Positions 15,742 to 25,719 of a DNA stretch of 64,000 nucleotides are shown here, in pieces. The stretch's first letter is position 1, and every line of letters starts with the position of its first letter. Where the stretch lies: the IMG/VR virus record IMGVR_UViG_3300029267_004155, one strand, 5' to 3'. The stretch is from a virus (lineage: Duplodnaviria > Caudoviricetes). The notes under the pieces were generated by a model. It was not told the origin of the DNA and made no database searches. It saw nothing but the letters and a program-made list of their open reading frames with translations. Position numbers and translations under genes: made by a program.

Positions 15742-16394
15742 TGCCGTACAATCCGAATCGTCCGCCGAGGAAGCTGAGCGACTATCCGAAGAAGTTGCAG
15801 AGGCAATGGGTCCATGTCTTCAATTCATGTATGGGTCGTGGCGGCGACGAGGGGAAGTGCCACGCGATGGCGTATTCGGTGGTGAACAGGGAGATGGGCA
15901 AGTCGGGCTCCGACAGGTCGGGGCGCTACCGGGAGGTGGAGCCGCCGGCCATGGGCGCGTTCGACGACGAGATAGACGGCATCGAGACGGCGGTGGTGGA
16001 GTCTCTGAAGGATCAGGGTGGCGTGGACATGGGAAAGGAAGCGTGTATAATGAGGTGGAACAGGCAGATGGTCGCCCGGGAGCTCCTTGTCGTGGCAAGG
16101 GAGCTTTCCGGCGCGAGCTTTCAGGAAGAGGCGAAGGCGTTGAGGATGAAGGGCTATGTCCAGGACTTCTCGAAGGCGGTCGGAAAGTTCCGGCACGACG
16201 CCAACGAGTTCGTCGACAGGATGACGGCGGCGGTTGAGAATCCGTCGGCTCTCCGGGAGTTCCCGTTCCTGCGGGCGGTGCTGGGAGAGCTGAGGGAGCA
16301 GAAGCGCGGCCTCTTGCCGATGACGTTCCTGGACGACCGCGACCTCATGTCGATGCTGGAGCGCGTGGTGTGCAAAGATTCGGGGAGCTGCTGA
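15741..16394 (+). CDS. ChaB-like N-terminal domain plus leader-bearing C-terminal domain
   Basis: MPY...P..LQRQWVHVFNS...EGKCHAMAYSVV matches the ChaB pattern; QMVARELLVVARELSG near 16065. Confidence 0.6.
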   Translation: MPYNPNRPPRKLSDYPKKLQRQWVHVFNSCMGRGGDEGKCHAMAYSVVNREMGKSGSDRSGRYREVEPPAMGAFDDEIDGIETAVVESLKDQGGVDMGKEACIMRWNRQMVARELLVVARELSGASFQEEAKALRMKGYVQDFSKAVGKFRHDANEFVDRMTAAVENPSALREFPFLRAVLGELREQKRGLLPMTFLDDRDLMSMLERVVCKDSGSC

Positions 16395-16628
16395 GCGTGC
16401 TAGAGAGGCCGACCTATTCTGCGGGATGGAAGGGGGAGTCCGGATGCGCCTGGTACATGGGGCTGGAGACGGTCAGGAAGAGCTGCTGCGGGGGCAGGCG
16501 CGTGACCGAGAAGCACTATGTCCGATGCTCGATGCGCGGTGACAGGGTGCCGGCCCGGGTGACTTGCCGTCAGGACGTGTGCAGGTCCTACCTGCGCCGC
16601 AAGGCGGACATATGAGAAGGAGGCGAAG

Positions 16629-16919
16629 ATGGAAAAGAAGATTGACAAGCTGTTCCTGTCGAAGGGGTGCCCCGAGTGCGCTCCTGTGCGTGCGGCGCTG
16701 GACATGGCCGCTGTCGAGGAGGACGAGTTCCGCGGGAAGGAGGGGCAGCAGCTTCTCGTTTTCGCCGCCATGTCCGACAACGCGGCGCGCGTGCTCCTGA
16801 ACGTGTTCGACCTTCCTGACAAGTTCACCCCGCTGCTCGTCACCCATGACGGGAAGGTCTGGGAGAAGGTCGCCCAGATCGTGGGGCATCTGAGGCGCAA
16901 CGGCATGGCCGTCTCGTAA
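16629..16919 (+). CDS. Glutaredoxin/thioredoxin-like protein
   Basis: LFLSKGCPEC and a later TPLLV cis-Pro-like motif. Confidence 0.6.
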   Translation: MEKKIDKLFLSKGCPECAPVRAALDMAAVEEDEFRGKEGQQLLVFAAMSDNAARVLLNVFDLPDKFTPLLVTHDGKVWEKVAQIVGHLRRNGMAVS

Positions 16920-16932
16920 GGGGGGCGGTGAC

Positions 16933-18117
16933 ATGATAGTTCGTCTCGGCCACGACAGGGGAAATCTCACGGGCCCGATCGTCGATGGCAGCTGCGTCAG
17001 GCAGTCCTTCCAGGCGGAGGGCGACCATCTGGCCTTGGTCGGCGTGTGCTTCGCCACCTACAAGCGAAGTTCCAACTACGGCCTCATGACCCTGGAGGTG
17101 CTCGACTCGAAGGGCGAGCGCCTGGCGGCGTCGACGGCCGACGTCTCCACTTTCAGGGACAACTCCTACCACGAGTTCCGGGTCGACAAGCCCGTCGAGG
17201 CCGGCAAGCCGTACGAGATCAGGCTTCGCACGGAGAACTGCCGGTCGGGGACGTCGGTCACGGCCAAGTGGGGGCGGAGGTTGAAGGACGGCCACTTCTT
17301 CATCGGCTCCAAGCTCGTCCAGGGCGAGCTGGCGGCCTCCTTCCTGTACGCCGACAAGGAGCCGGACGGCTCTATGGCCGAGGTGCGGAAGCCGCCTCCG
17401 CTGGTCGGCCCTCCGGAGGGCTACCTGCCCGGGCTCGTGACGGTGGTCATTCCGCACTACAACTGCGCCCAGCTCCTCGGGGAGGCCCTGAAGTCGCTCG
17501 TGGGGCAGACCTACAAGGGCTTCGAGGCGATCGTCGTCGACGACGGGTCGGTCGAGGGCGAGCGCAACGCGGCGGAGTCCATGACCTCCATCTTCGAGGT
17601 GCTCGTGCCGGGCGTCCGGTTCATGGCGCTGCCGGAGAACCGTGGCGCGCCGGCGGCCAGGAACGCGGGGGCGGCCGAGGGGTCGGGGGAGTACATCTTC
17701 TTCCTGGACTCCGACTGCTCCCTCTACCCGCAGGCCCTGGAGTGGCTCGTGGCGGCCCTGGTGGACGACCGCGAGGCCGCGTACTCCTATGGCGGCTTCC
17801 GGTGGGGCGATGACGAGATCGCGCCGAGGCCGTTCGACCCGGAGATGCTGCGGGCCAGGAACTACGTGTCGACCATGTCGCTGGTCAGGAGGTCCGACTT
17901 CCCCGGTTTCGACGAGAGCCTGAGGAGGCATCAGGACTGGGACCTGTGGCTGACGCTGCTGGGCGCCGGCAGGCGGGGGGTCTGCTGCGGGAAGATGCTG
18001 TTCGAGACGCCGAAGCGGGAAGGAGGCATCAGCGACGACGCGAACATCCCGATGGTCGAGTCAAGGGACATCGTGAGAAGGAAGCACGGCCTGGGGACGG
18101 GAAGGGGGCGGCCGTGA
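16933..18117 (+). CDS. GT2 glycosyltransferase with N-terminal beta-rich domain
   Basis: VTVVIPHYN, IVVDDGS, NRGAPAARNAG, FFLDSD, QDWDLW. Confidence 0.9.
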   Translation: MIVRLGHDRGNLTGPIVDGSCVRQSFQAEGDHLALVGVCFATYKRSSNYGLMTLEVLDSKGERLAASTADVSTFRDNSYHEFRVDKPVEAGKPYEIRLRTENCRSGTSVTAKWGRRLKDGHFFIGSKLVQGELAASFLYADKEPDGSMAEVRKPPPLVGPPEGYLPGLVTVVIPHYNCAQLLGEALKSLVGQTYKGFEAIVVDDGSVEGERNAAESMTSIFEVLVPGVRFMALPENRGAPAARNAGAAEGSGEYIFFLDSDCSLYPQALEWLVAALVDDREAAYSYGGFRWGDDEIAPRPFDPEMLRARNYVSTMSLVRRSDFPGFDESLRRHQDWDLWLTLLGAGRRGVCCGKMLFETPKREGGISDDANIPMVESRDIVRRKHGLGTGRGRP

Positions 18118-18914
18118 CGCCGTGGGCAGACATCATCGTTCCGACGCATGGCCAGACCGAGAAGACCGTCAGGTGCCTGAGGTCGCTCAGGGCGTTCACG
18201 TCGTCGTACAGGGTCCTGTGGGTGGACAACGGGTCCTCGCCGGCGTCGAGGGCCGCGGTCATCGACGAGCTGAGGGCGCACGCCGACCATGCCTCCTTCT
18301 GGGCGGCCGACAGGCTCGGCTTCGTCGGGGCGGCCAACCTCGGGCTGAGGCTCGCCCTCGGGCCGCTGGACTCCGGGTCGCCCTACGTGGCGCTGCTGAA
18401 CAACGACGTGGTCGTGACGAAGGGGTGGCTGGAGAGGCTGAGGGGCGTCCTGGACAGGGAACGGACAGTTCACGCCGTCGGGCCGGTCACGAGCGAATGC
18501 CAGTCGTGGCAGTCGTTCCTGAACGCGGGCAAGGTGGTGCTGGCGTTCCAGGTCCCGCAGGGGTTCCACGGGCTGGGCGTCGACGAGAGGGCGGCCAGGC
18601 TGGCCTACTGCTACGGCGACCTCTGGAGGCCGTGCCGGATGCTGGCCTTCTTCTGCACGCTCTTCCGAAAGGACGTCTTTCGGGACGTCGGGCTCCTGGA
18701 CGACGGCTTCGAGGAAGGCCTGGGGGACGACGATGATTTTTGCATTAGAATGGCGGCCAACGCCATGCGGTGCGCGCTGGTCATGGGCTGCTACGTCCAT
18801 CACGACCATCGGTCGACGTTCGCGTCCCTCTACTCGGACAGCGAGATAGACGACATGAGCAGGAGGCACCTGGAGCGCTTCCGGGAGAAGCACGGCGAGG
18901 AGGCCAGGGTCTGA
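18114..18914 (+). CDS. GT2 glycosyltransferase
   Basis: IIVPT, WVDNGS, GFVGAANLG, LLNND, VGLLDDGF..G.GDDDDF. Confidence 0.9.
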   Translation: MTPWADIIVPTHGQTEKTVRCLRSLRAFTSSYRVLWVDNGSSPASRAAVIDELRAHADHASFWAADRLGFVGAANLGLRLALGPLDSGSPYVALLNNDVVVTKGWLERLRGVLDRERTVHAVGPVTSECQSWQSFLNAGKVVLAFQVPQGFHGLGVDERAARLAYCYGDLWRPCRMLAFFCTLFRKDVFRDVGLLDDGFEEGLGDDDDFCIRMAANAMRCALVMGCYVHHDHRSTFASLYSDSEIDDMSRRHLERFREKHGEEARV

Positions 18915-19120
18915 TGTGCAGATGCCCGTGCGGATGCGAGTTCGAGGTGAGGGCGGAGAGGGCGGTGGTCCTCCGCTGCCCGGAGTGCGGCGTCGTGGTC
19001 GTGGCGCGCGACATGGAGACGGCCGAGAGGATGCTGGCCGACAAGGTAAAGGGGATGGCGAATGGAGACGAGAGTGACGGAGAGGGTGGCGCCGCTGCCC
19101 CCGGAGGCGAAAAGGCGTGA
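18914..19120 (+). CDS. Small zinc-ribbon protein
   Basis: CPCG...CPECG; TGATG coupling to the upstream gene. Confidence 0.55.
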   Translation: MCRCPCGCEFEVRAERAVVLRCPECGVVVVARDMETAERMLADKVKGMANGDESDGEGGAAAPGGEKA

Positions 19121-20393
19121 CTTGCCGTACGCGGCGGTGAGGCTCCTGCTCGGGGCCAACGTCCATTACAGATACGGAGGCGACGACGGGGCGGTCTGCG
19201 TCGAGATGGGCGCCCAGAGGCAGGTCTTGCACCAGGAAGACTATGACGAGGCGTCCGGTCTGGCCCGTCGACTGCAAGTGGAGTGGGTTGGGTCTCTTGG
19301 TCTGCATGGGGACCTCTGTTGTCCCACCAACGCCCTCAAGGCTCATGAGATAGCCTCCAAGTGGATGGCTCGGGACGGCGGGGACAAGCGGCTTCTGATG
19401 CTGAAGGACACGTCCGGGAGCGGCTGGTGGCGGATGGTGGTCCCGGCCAAGCATTTCGAGATGGACGGGTGGGCCTGCGACGTGACGAGCGGGCAGGTGC
19501 CCTTCGAGAACCTGCTGGAGTACGACACGATCTTCGTGCAGAGGGTCCACGACTGGGAGTCCTACTACGTCCTGGAGAAGGCGAGGAGGGCAGGCAAGAG
19601 GCTCGTCTACGACATCGACGACGACCTGTTCAACATCCCGAAGGACAACCCGGCCCACAAGCTCATCACCAGGGACGAGCAGATGGCGGCCATGGCCTGC
19701 ATGAGGCTGGCCGACGTGGTCACGACCACGACCGAGGTTCTGGCGAGCCGGCTGGAGGGCGAGCTCGGGGAGACGGACATCGTCGTGATCCCGAACGCCC
19801 TGGACGTCGCTGACGGGTGGCAGGAGCCGGGGCTCGGGAGCCCGGACGGGGCAAAGCGCATCTTCTGGCAGGGGAGCGCGACCCACGCGGCCGACTGGGA
19901 CCTCTGTCTCGGGCCGATCAGGAGGATCATGACGGAGAGGGAGGACGTGCGCCTGGTGATCCTGGGCTTCCTGCCCCCGCAGGTTGCCGCGGAGGCTGGG
20001 GCTCCCCATTTCAAGGGGAGGATCGAGTATCTCGGCTTCAGCGCCCCGGAGACATACTACCAGCTGATTCACCACGTCCGTGCCGAGGTCGGGATCGCCC
20101 CGCTCCGGAGCACCCCGTTCAGCATGGCCAAGAGCTCGATCAAGTTCCTGGAGTTCACGCTCATGGGCATTCCCACGGTGGCGTCCGACTGCGCGCCCTA
20201 TGACGGCGTGATCGACGACGGGAAGGACGGCTTCCTGGTGGACGGGGAGGACGAATGGCACGAGGCGCTGACGAGATGTCTGGACAGGACCAACAAGCGG
20301 ATCGACATGGTGAGGGCGGCCAGGAGGAAGGTGGCGGCGACCATGGACGTCAGGAAGACGGCCAAGGCGTGGACCGAAGTTCTCTGCTGCTAG
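19062..20393 (+). CDS. Glycosyltransferase (GT4-like, phage type)
   Basis: SGSGWWRM..P, VYDIDDDL, IPNALD, WQGSATH..D, IAPL...FS.AKS.IKFLE, PY..VI.DG.DGFL. Confidence 0.8.
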   Translation: METRVTERVAPLPPEAKRRDLPYAAVRLLLGANVHYRYGGDDGAVCVEMGAQRQVLHQEDYDEASGLARRLQVEWVGSLGLHGDLCCPTNALKAHEIASKWMARDGGDKRLLMLKDTSGSGWWRMVVPAKHFEMDGWACDVTSGQVPFENLLEYDTIFVQRVHDWESYYVLEKARRAGKRLVYDIDDDLFNIPKDNPAHKLITRDEQMAAMACMRLADVVTTTTEVLASRLEGELGETDIVVIPNALDVADGWQEPGLGSPDGAKRIFWQGSATHAADWDLCLGPIRRIMTEREDVRLVILGFLPPQVAAEAGAPHFKGRIEYLGFSAPETYYQLIHHVRAEVGIAPLRSTPFSMAKSSIKFLEFTLMGIPTVASDCAPYDGVIDDGKDGFLVDGEDEWHEALTRCLDRTNKRIDMVRAARRKVAATMDVRKTAKAWTEVLCC

Positions 20394-20501
20394 GCTTCGT
20401 GTGCTACGAGGAGATTGGAGAGGTCCGGGTCGGTAGCGGGATGAAGCTCGAAAGTCCAATCGGCGACGACGGGTCGGTGGTGTCCGTGGACGAGGAGTTC
20501 G

Positions 20502-20945
20502 ATGGCGTGCGATCGTAACATGCTGGTCTGCTTCCGGAGGGGATGCCGGGCGTGCCCCTGGGATGCCAGGGCGATCCCGGAGGACTGCCCGTACGCGATA
20601 TGCCACGCCGTCGAGGTCGAGAGGCTTGGGGACACGATCGAGGGTGGTCGGAGGTCCGGGAAGACGACCAGGCTCCTGGCCATGGCGTCGAGGTTGTCGG
20701 CGGAGGGCTTCCCGGTCTACGTCCTCTGCCGCAACGACGACTCGGCGAGGACGATGCAGGCGGCGTGGAGAGGAGCCGCCAGCTGTAGGTTCATGTCGGC
20801 GATGTGGGCGGGGACGAGGATGAGGGGGCTGAGGCCCGGCTTCGTCATGTTCGACGAGGTGGGAGCGGACGGGGTAGGGGAGGTCATGAGGTTCGCCGAG
20901 CCCGGGGGGCATGTCTTCGCGTGCGCCGTCCGTTCTTCCGAATAA
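20502..20945 (+). CDS. Small P-loop protein resembling a terminase ATPase fragment
   Basis: GGRRSGKTT (Walker A) and RG...FVMFDE (Walker B) within about 100 aa. Confidence 0.5.
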   Translation: MACDRNMLVCFRRGCRACPWDARAIPEDCPYAICHAVEVERLGDTIEGGRRSGKTTRLLAMASRLSAEGFPVYVLCRNDDSARTMQAAWRGAASCRFMSAMWAGTRMRGLRPGFVMFDEVGADGVGEVMRFAEPGGHVFACAVRSSE

Positions 20946-21007
20946 TTTGATAATGGCGCCTTTGGTGAAGGTTTCCGCAAGTAGGATTTTGTCAACAGGA
21001 GGTTGTC

Positions 21008-21979
21008 ATGCGCAGGTTTTTCTCGTCGCTGAGGAGGGTGATCGCCCTTCAGACGAATCGGGTCGCTCTCGGGCAGGTGGCTGTCGATTTCATCAAGAGG
21101 CTCTACATACCGGAGCTGGAGAGGCTGATCGCCGAGGAGGACAACCCGGCCGACCAGGAGGACATGGAGAAGGCCCTCAGGCTTTGGGAGAGGTCTTCGA
21201 GCAGTTCCGGAGAGAAGGAGTGGAACAACCTGGCCGCGATGGTGGTAAGCTCTGTGGTGGAGGGGATGTGGAGCAGGTCGGCCGACGTGGCTGAGGACGT
21301 GGCCCAGCAGATCGCGGTGGACTTCTATTCGGCACCGAGGCTGACTGCCATGTTCGACAAATTTGCCAATATCGGGAAGGGTGACGTCCAGGTGAAGGAG
21401 GGGTTGACTCAGGGGCCGATAGCGCTGAGGAAGATGTGGGGGAGGACCGTCAAGCTCAGGGCCCTGACGATCATGAGGGAGAGGGCCAGGAAGAATGAGA
21501 AGTTCCCGAGAGAGGAGGGGGGAAGGCTTCCGTCCGGAGACGAGGTGGATATCCTCGACACGTTGGAGAGCGACATGGACGACCTGAGCGCCGCCAGGCT
21601 GAAGAAGATCAAGTGGGACCTGGAGCGGTTCGTGAAGGGCAGGCTGATGGGCAACAAGGGTGCCAGGCGAACCTTCGACATCTGGGAGGAGCTGGCCGAG
21701 AAGAAGGGGGCCGACAAGATCAACGTGTCGAGGGACATCGTGCCCCGCGTGATGGAGGAGATGGGGGTCAAGAAGAGCGTCGTGGGCGAGTGGGCCAAGG
21801 AGATCAGGAGCCTCATCCACGAGTTCTTCCAGATGGGCATGGCCAGGCGCATCGGCTCCGAGGAGAGGGAGAGCCTGAGGATCGCGGCCGGGAGCGAGGG
21901 CGTCGTGGCCTTCGAGGCCTTCGGGCGCATGTTCTGCGCCTGGATGCTCGGGCTGGACCCCCGCGAGGGCCTGCGCTGA
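21008..21979 (+). CDS. Putative sigma70-family (ECF-like) sigma factor
   Basis: Region-2-like AEDVAQQIAVDFY...LRKMWGRTVKLRALTIMRERARK and region-4-like HTH EEMGVKKSVVGEWAKEIRSLIHEFF. Confidence 0.5.
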   Translation: MRRFFSSLRRVIALQTNRVALGQVAVDFIKRLYIPELERLIAEEDNPADQEDMEKALRLWERSSSSSGEKEWNNLAAMVVSSVVEGMWSRSADVAEDVAQQIAVDFYSAPRLTAMFDKFANIGKGDVQVKEGLTQGPIALRKMWGRTVKLRALTIMRERARKNEKFPREEGGRLPSGDEVDILDTLESDMDDLSAARLKKIKWDLERFVKGRLMGNKGARRTFDIWEELAEKKGADKINVSRDIVPRVMEEMGVKKSVVGEWAKEIRSLIHEFFQMGMARRIGSEERESLRIAAGSEGVVAFEAFGRMFCAWMLGLDPREGLR

Positions 21980-22446
21980 TGCCGGCCTACGACTACAGGT
22001 GCCGCGGGTGCGGCGACGTCGTCGAGGTGGTTCACGGCATGACCGAGTCGCCCGCGGTCGGGTGCGCCTGCGGCGCCCTCATGGCCAGGATGCCGTCGTG
22101 CCCGAACATAGGGCGTGGACGCACGCTCCTGGGAGGGCGGCTGAAGGACAGGGGCACGGTCCGGGACCACATGAGGGAGGTCCTGAGGGAGGATCACGGG
22201 GTCCATAACGTTCACGCGTCTCCCGGAAGGACGCTGGACGAGGTGTATAATGACGTGAGGGACGCTGGCTCGTTCGTGAAGGAGCGGATGGCCCAGGAGT
22301 CCGAGAGGAACGCGGCGAAGTTGGCGGCCAGGAGGAAGGAGCGCCACAGGACGGCGCCGCAACGCATCCCGGGCAGGGTGAGAGAGGTGGCCGAGAGGGC
22401 CAGGCGCAAGAAGGCCGAAGGACGGGCCGTGCGCGTCTCGGGATGA
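21979..22446 (+). CDS. FmdB-family zinc-ribbon protein
   Basis: MPAYDYRCRGCG...E..H.M......CACG..M.R. Confidence 0.75.
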   Translation: MPAYDYRCRGCGDVVEVVHGMTESPAVGCACGALMARMPSCPNIGRGRTLLGGRLKDRGTVRDHMREVLREDHGVHNVHASPGRTLDEVYNDVRDAGSFVKERMAQESERNAAKLAARRKERHRTAPQRIPGRVREVAERARRKKAEGRAVRVSG

Positions 22447-22466
22447 TAATATGACAGGAGACGAGC

Positions 22467-22919
22467 ATGCTTCCAGTGGCGGCCGTGATGCTGCCTGGCG
22501 GCTCCGAGAGGGCGCGCCGGGTGACGAGGTGGTCCTCCGAGCTGGCTCTCGACCAGAATGGTCATGTCTTGGAGCCTGACGCCGTCGGGCCCGGATGGGC
22601 TCCTCCCGAAGACGCCGAGCTGGTCCACTTCCTGAGACCGGGGATGGTGGCTCTCCCTCACCTGTACCGGGTGGCTTCCTGCGTGATCGAGGACTCCGGG
22701 GCCGACTTCGCCCTGGTCGGGGTCCTGTCGGTCGGCGGGGACGGGGCGGACGTGCTGGAGGGGGACGCGGTCGCGTCGTCGAGGCTGGTGGTCAGGTCGT
22801 GGGTGGCCAGGGAGTTCGGGATGCCGAAGGAGGGGGTTGACGCGTTCGCGGCCGGGGTCGTCTCGGAGTACCGGGGCGCCCAGGTGCCCCATGTCCTATG
22901 CGTGGAGGATTTCGCGTGA
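22467..22919 (+). CDS. Hypothetical protein
   Basis: RBS AGGAG; coupled by TGATG to nrdJ. Confidence 0.6.
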   Translation: MLPVAAVMLPGGSERARRVTRWSSELALDQNGHVLEPDAVGPGWAPPEDAELVHFLRPGMVALPHLYRVASCVIEDSGADFALVGVLSVGGDGADVLEGDAVASSRLVVRSWVAREFGMPKEGVDAFAAGVVSEYRGAQVPHVLCVEDFA

Positions 22920-24832
22920 TGGAGCTTCCCACTACCTATCAGCAGTTTGTCCATCTCTCAAGGTACGCCAGGTGGGTCGAGTCCGAGGGCCGGCGCGAGA
23001 CCTGGGAGGAGACGGTCGACCGGTACATGGACCACATGTGTGACGTCAAGTGCCGGGGTAAGATTGACGATGTCACGAGAGGAGAGCTTAGGAATGGCAT
23101 TCTGAACCTGGAGGTGATGCCGAGCATGCGGTGCATGATGTCGGCGGGGCCTGCTTTGGAGAGGGACGAGGTGGCGGGATACAACTGCAGCGCGGTAAAG
23201 ATTGACCATCCGGTTGTCTTTGACGAGATATTATTCCTCTTGATGTGTGGTGTCGGTGTGGGGTTCTCGGTGGAAAGGCAGTTTATTTGTGGGCTTCCCG
23301 TCGTTGCGGAGAGGTTTTATCCTTCGCCGACTGTGATCAAAGTGGAGGATTCGAAGATCGGTTGGTGTGACGCCTTGAGGGAGCTGATCGGCATGTTGTA
23401 TTCGGGCAGGGTGCCGAAGTGGAACGTTGACGACATTCGACCTGCTGGCTCTAGACTCAAGACGTTTGGCGGGAGAGCGTCGGGTCCGCAGCCGCTTGTC
23501 GACCTGTTCGGGTTCGTGGTTCGCCTTTTTGAGGGGGCGTGTGGTAGGAGGTTGACGTCGATTGAATGTCACGATCTTGTTTGTAAGATCGCGGATGCCG
23601 TGGTGGTTGGCGGGGTTAGGCGTAGCGCGACTTTGAGCCTGAGTAATCCGAGCGATGACAGAATGAGGCATGCCAAGAGTGGGGATTGGTATAAAACCGA
23701 GCCGCAGAGGGCTCTCGCGAATATAAGTTCGGCTTACACGGAGAAGCCGAGCATGGATGTGTTTTTTCGGGAGTGGTTTGCTCTTTTTGAAAGCAAGAGT
23801 GGCGAGCGAGGCATTTTCAATCGGGAGGCGGCTTTGGTCCGTGCCGCTGAGCTGGGGCGCTCGGTAGATGTTGATTACGGGTTGAATCCTTGCGGCGAGA
23901 TTCTTCTGAATCTCGAAGGGGGGTTGTGCAACTTGTCGGAGGTGGTTGTGCGTCCGGACGACGATGAGTCTTCGTTGCGGCGGAAAGCGCGTCTTGCCAC
24001 GATTCTCGGAACGATGCAGGCCACCCTGGTCGATTTTCGTTACTTGCGGGACGTTTGGAGGAGGAACGCAGAGGAAGAGGCGCTTCTCGGGGTTAGTCTG
24101 ACTGGCATATTCGACAATCCGCTGATGTACACCAACAAGCGGGAACTTGGTAAGATGTTGGAGCGGCTTCGGGAGGGTGTGGTGAGCGTCAATGCGGAGT
24201 GGGCGGAAAAGTTGGGCGTGAACAGGGCAGCAGCGGTCACGTGCGTCAAGCCCAGCGGTACTGTTGGACAGCTCTGCTCGTGTAGTTCGGGTATTCATCC
24301 GAGATATGCCAAGTATTATGTTCGGCGCGTTCGGGCTGCCAAGAATGATCCGTTGGCAAGAATGATGGTGGAGCTTGGAGTGCCTTGCGAGGACGATGTG
24401 ACCAAGCCGGACAACAATTGGGTGTTTTCGTTTGCCCACCATTTTTCAGGTAAGACGGTGGTTTCTAAGGACTTGACGGCTATCAGGCATTTGGAGATAT
24501 GGCGCGTATACAGGAAGCATTGGTGCCATCACAATCCGAGCTGCACCGTCGAGTTGGAGGAGAGTGACTGGATGGAGGTGGGGGCGTGGGTTTACAAGCA
24601 TTTTGACGAGGTGGGAGGTATAACCTTCTTCCCAAGGTCGACGCATTCTTATGTTCAGGCTCCATACGGGGAGTGTTCTGAGGACGAGTATGAAAGGCTG
24701 GCAAAGCAGATGCCGAGGGCCGTCGACTGGTCGAGGCTGAGGGAGTTCGAGACGGAGGATCACACGGCTGGCCCGAAGTCCTATGCCTGCACGGGCGAGA
24801 AGGGTGCCTGCGAGGTCGTGGACCTGGTGTAG
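22919..24832 (+). CDS. nrdJ: Adenosylcobalamin-dependent (class II) ribonucleotide reductase, monomeric type
   Basis: SRYARW...RRETWEETVDR, MPSMR, GYNC, GVGFSVE, GGVRRSA, NPCGEI, CNLSEV, TCVKPSGT, C-terminal ACTGEKGACE. Confidence 0.92.
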   Translation: MELPTTYQQFVHLSRYARWVESEGRRETWEETVDRYMDHMCDVKCRGKIDDVTRGELRNGILNLEVMPSMRCMMSAGPALERDEVAGYNCSAVKIDHPVVFDEILFLLMCGVGVGFSVERQFICGLPVVAERFYPSPTVIKVEDSKIGWCDALRELIGMLYSGRVPKWNVDDIRPAGSRLKTFGGRASGPQPLVDLFGFVVRLFEGACGRRLTSIECHDLVCKIADAVVVGGVRRSATLSLSNPSDDRMRHAKSGDWYKTEPQRALANISSAYTEKPSMDVFFREWFALFESKSGERGIFNREAALVRAAELGRSVDVDYGLNPCGEILLNLEGGLCNLSEVVVRPDDDESSLRRKARLATILGTMQATLVDFRYLRDVWRRNAEEEALLGVSLTGIFDNPLMYTNKRELGKMLERLREGVVSVNAEWAEKLGVNRAAAVTCVKPSGTVGQLCSCSSGIHPRYAKYYVRRVRAAKNDPLARMMVELGVPCEDDVTKPDNNWVFSFAHHFSGKTVVSKDLTAIRHLEIWRVYRKHWCHHNPSCTVELEESDWMEVGAWVYKHFDEVGGITFFPRSTHSYVQAPYGECSEDEYERLAKQMPRAVDWSRLREFETEDHTAGPKSYACTGEKGACEVVDLV

Positions 24833-24843
24833 AGGAGAAGAGA

Positions 24844-25704
24844 ATGGCATCGAGGCTAAACGAGCAGTTCGACGGGGTCTTCTACGTCAACCTGGATCGC
24901 AGGCCTGACAGGCGGGAGTCCTTCGAGGCCCAGCTCGCGAAGGTCGGCGTGGAGGCCGAGCGCTTCTCCGCGGTCGACGACGCGGAGAACCCGGAGAGGG
25001 GCTGCTTCATGTCTCACCGCTCCGTCTACCGGATGGCGCTGGAGCGGGGCATGGGTAGTGTCGTGGTGCTGGAGGACGACGCGGTCTTCACGGACCGCTT
25101 CGACGAGAAGCTGGAATGGCTGGACGACGTCCCCGGCGACTGGGGCTGCATCCACCTCGGGGGCTCCAGGTGGCCTCCGCCCGGGTGCGTCCTGGACGAC
25201 ATCAGGCCGCGGCACGTGGCCGGCCACTGCTGGGAGCTGAGGGACGAGTTCTGCGCCCATTTCTGCGCGTTCCGCCATGACGTCCTGGAGGAGTTCGCCG
25301 GCAAGGAGTGGCTGGGGGCTCCGTTCGACGACGTGATCCGGGGGCGCTTCTCGGGCGGCTGCTTCGACTGCGGGTGGTACGGGCTGATGACGGCGGACGA
25401 GGCGAGCAGGATCGGGGACTGGGGGCTGGCGATCCAGGAGAACAGGCATTTGGACAGCGACCTGGAGGAGAGCAGGAGCCGGCGCAGGAGGGCCGGCTCC
25501 AGGGCGCACGTGGCCGGGGACGAGTGCTACCATGCCGGCGACCACGGCGGCGCGTTCGAGGAATGGGAGAGGGGCGCGACGCTGGGGCATCGGCAGTGCA
25601 TAATGAATCTGGTTTGGGCGTACACGGAGGGCATCGGCACGGAGGCCGACCCGGAAAAGGTGGCGCTCTGGACGGAGAGGGCCCATGAGGCGGCCCCGTC
25701 GTAA
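24844..25704 (+). CDS. GT25-family glycosyltransferase with C-terminal Sel1-like repeat
   Basis: YVNLDRRPDRR, ERFSAVD, GCFMSH, VLEDDA; C-terminus AFEEWERGATLGH.QC..NL..AY.EG.G...D..K...W..RA. Confidence 0.8.
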   Translation: MASRLNEQFDGVFYVNLDRRPDRRESFEAQLAKVGVEAERFSAVDDAENPERGCFMSHRSVYRMALERGMGSVVVLEDDAVFTDRFDEKLEWLDDVPGDWGCIHLGGSRWPPPGCVLDDIRPRHVAGHCWELRDEFCAHFCAFRHDVLEEFAGKEWLGAPFDDVIRGRFSGGCFDCGWYGLMTADEASRIGDWGLAIQENRHLDSDLEESRSRRRRAGSRAHVAGDECYHAGDHGGAFEEWERGATLGHRQCIMNLVWAYTEGIGTEADPEKVALWTERAHEAAPS

Positions 25705-25719
25705 AAAGGAGAGCTGGCT

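Noticed and set aside
20502-20945. Terminase large subunit
   Set aside because: Far too short and lacks a nuclease domain; kept only as a small P-loop protein.
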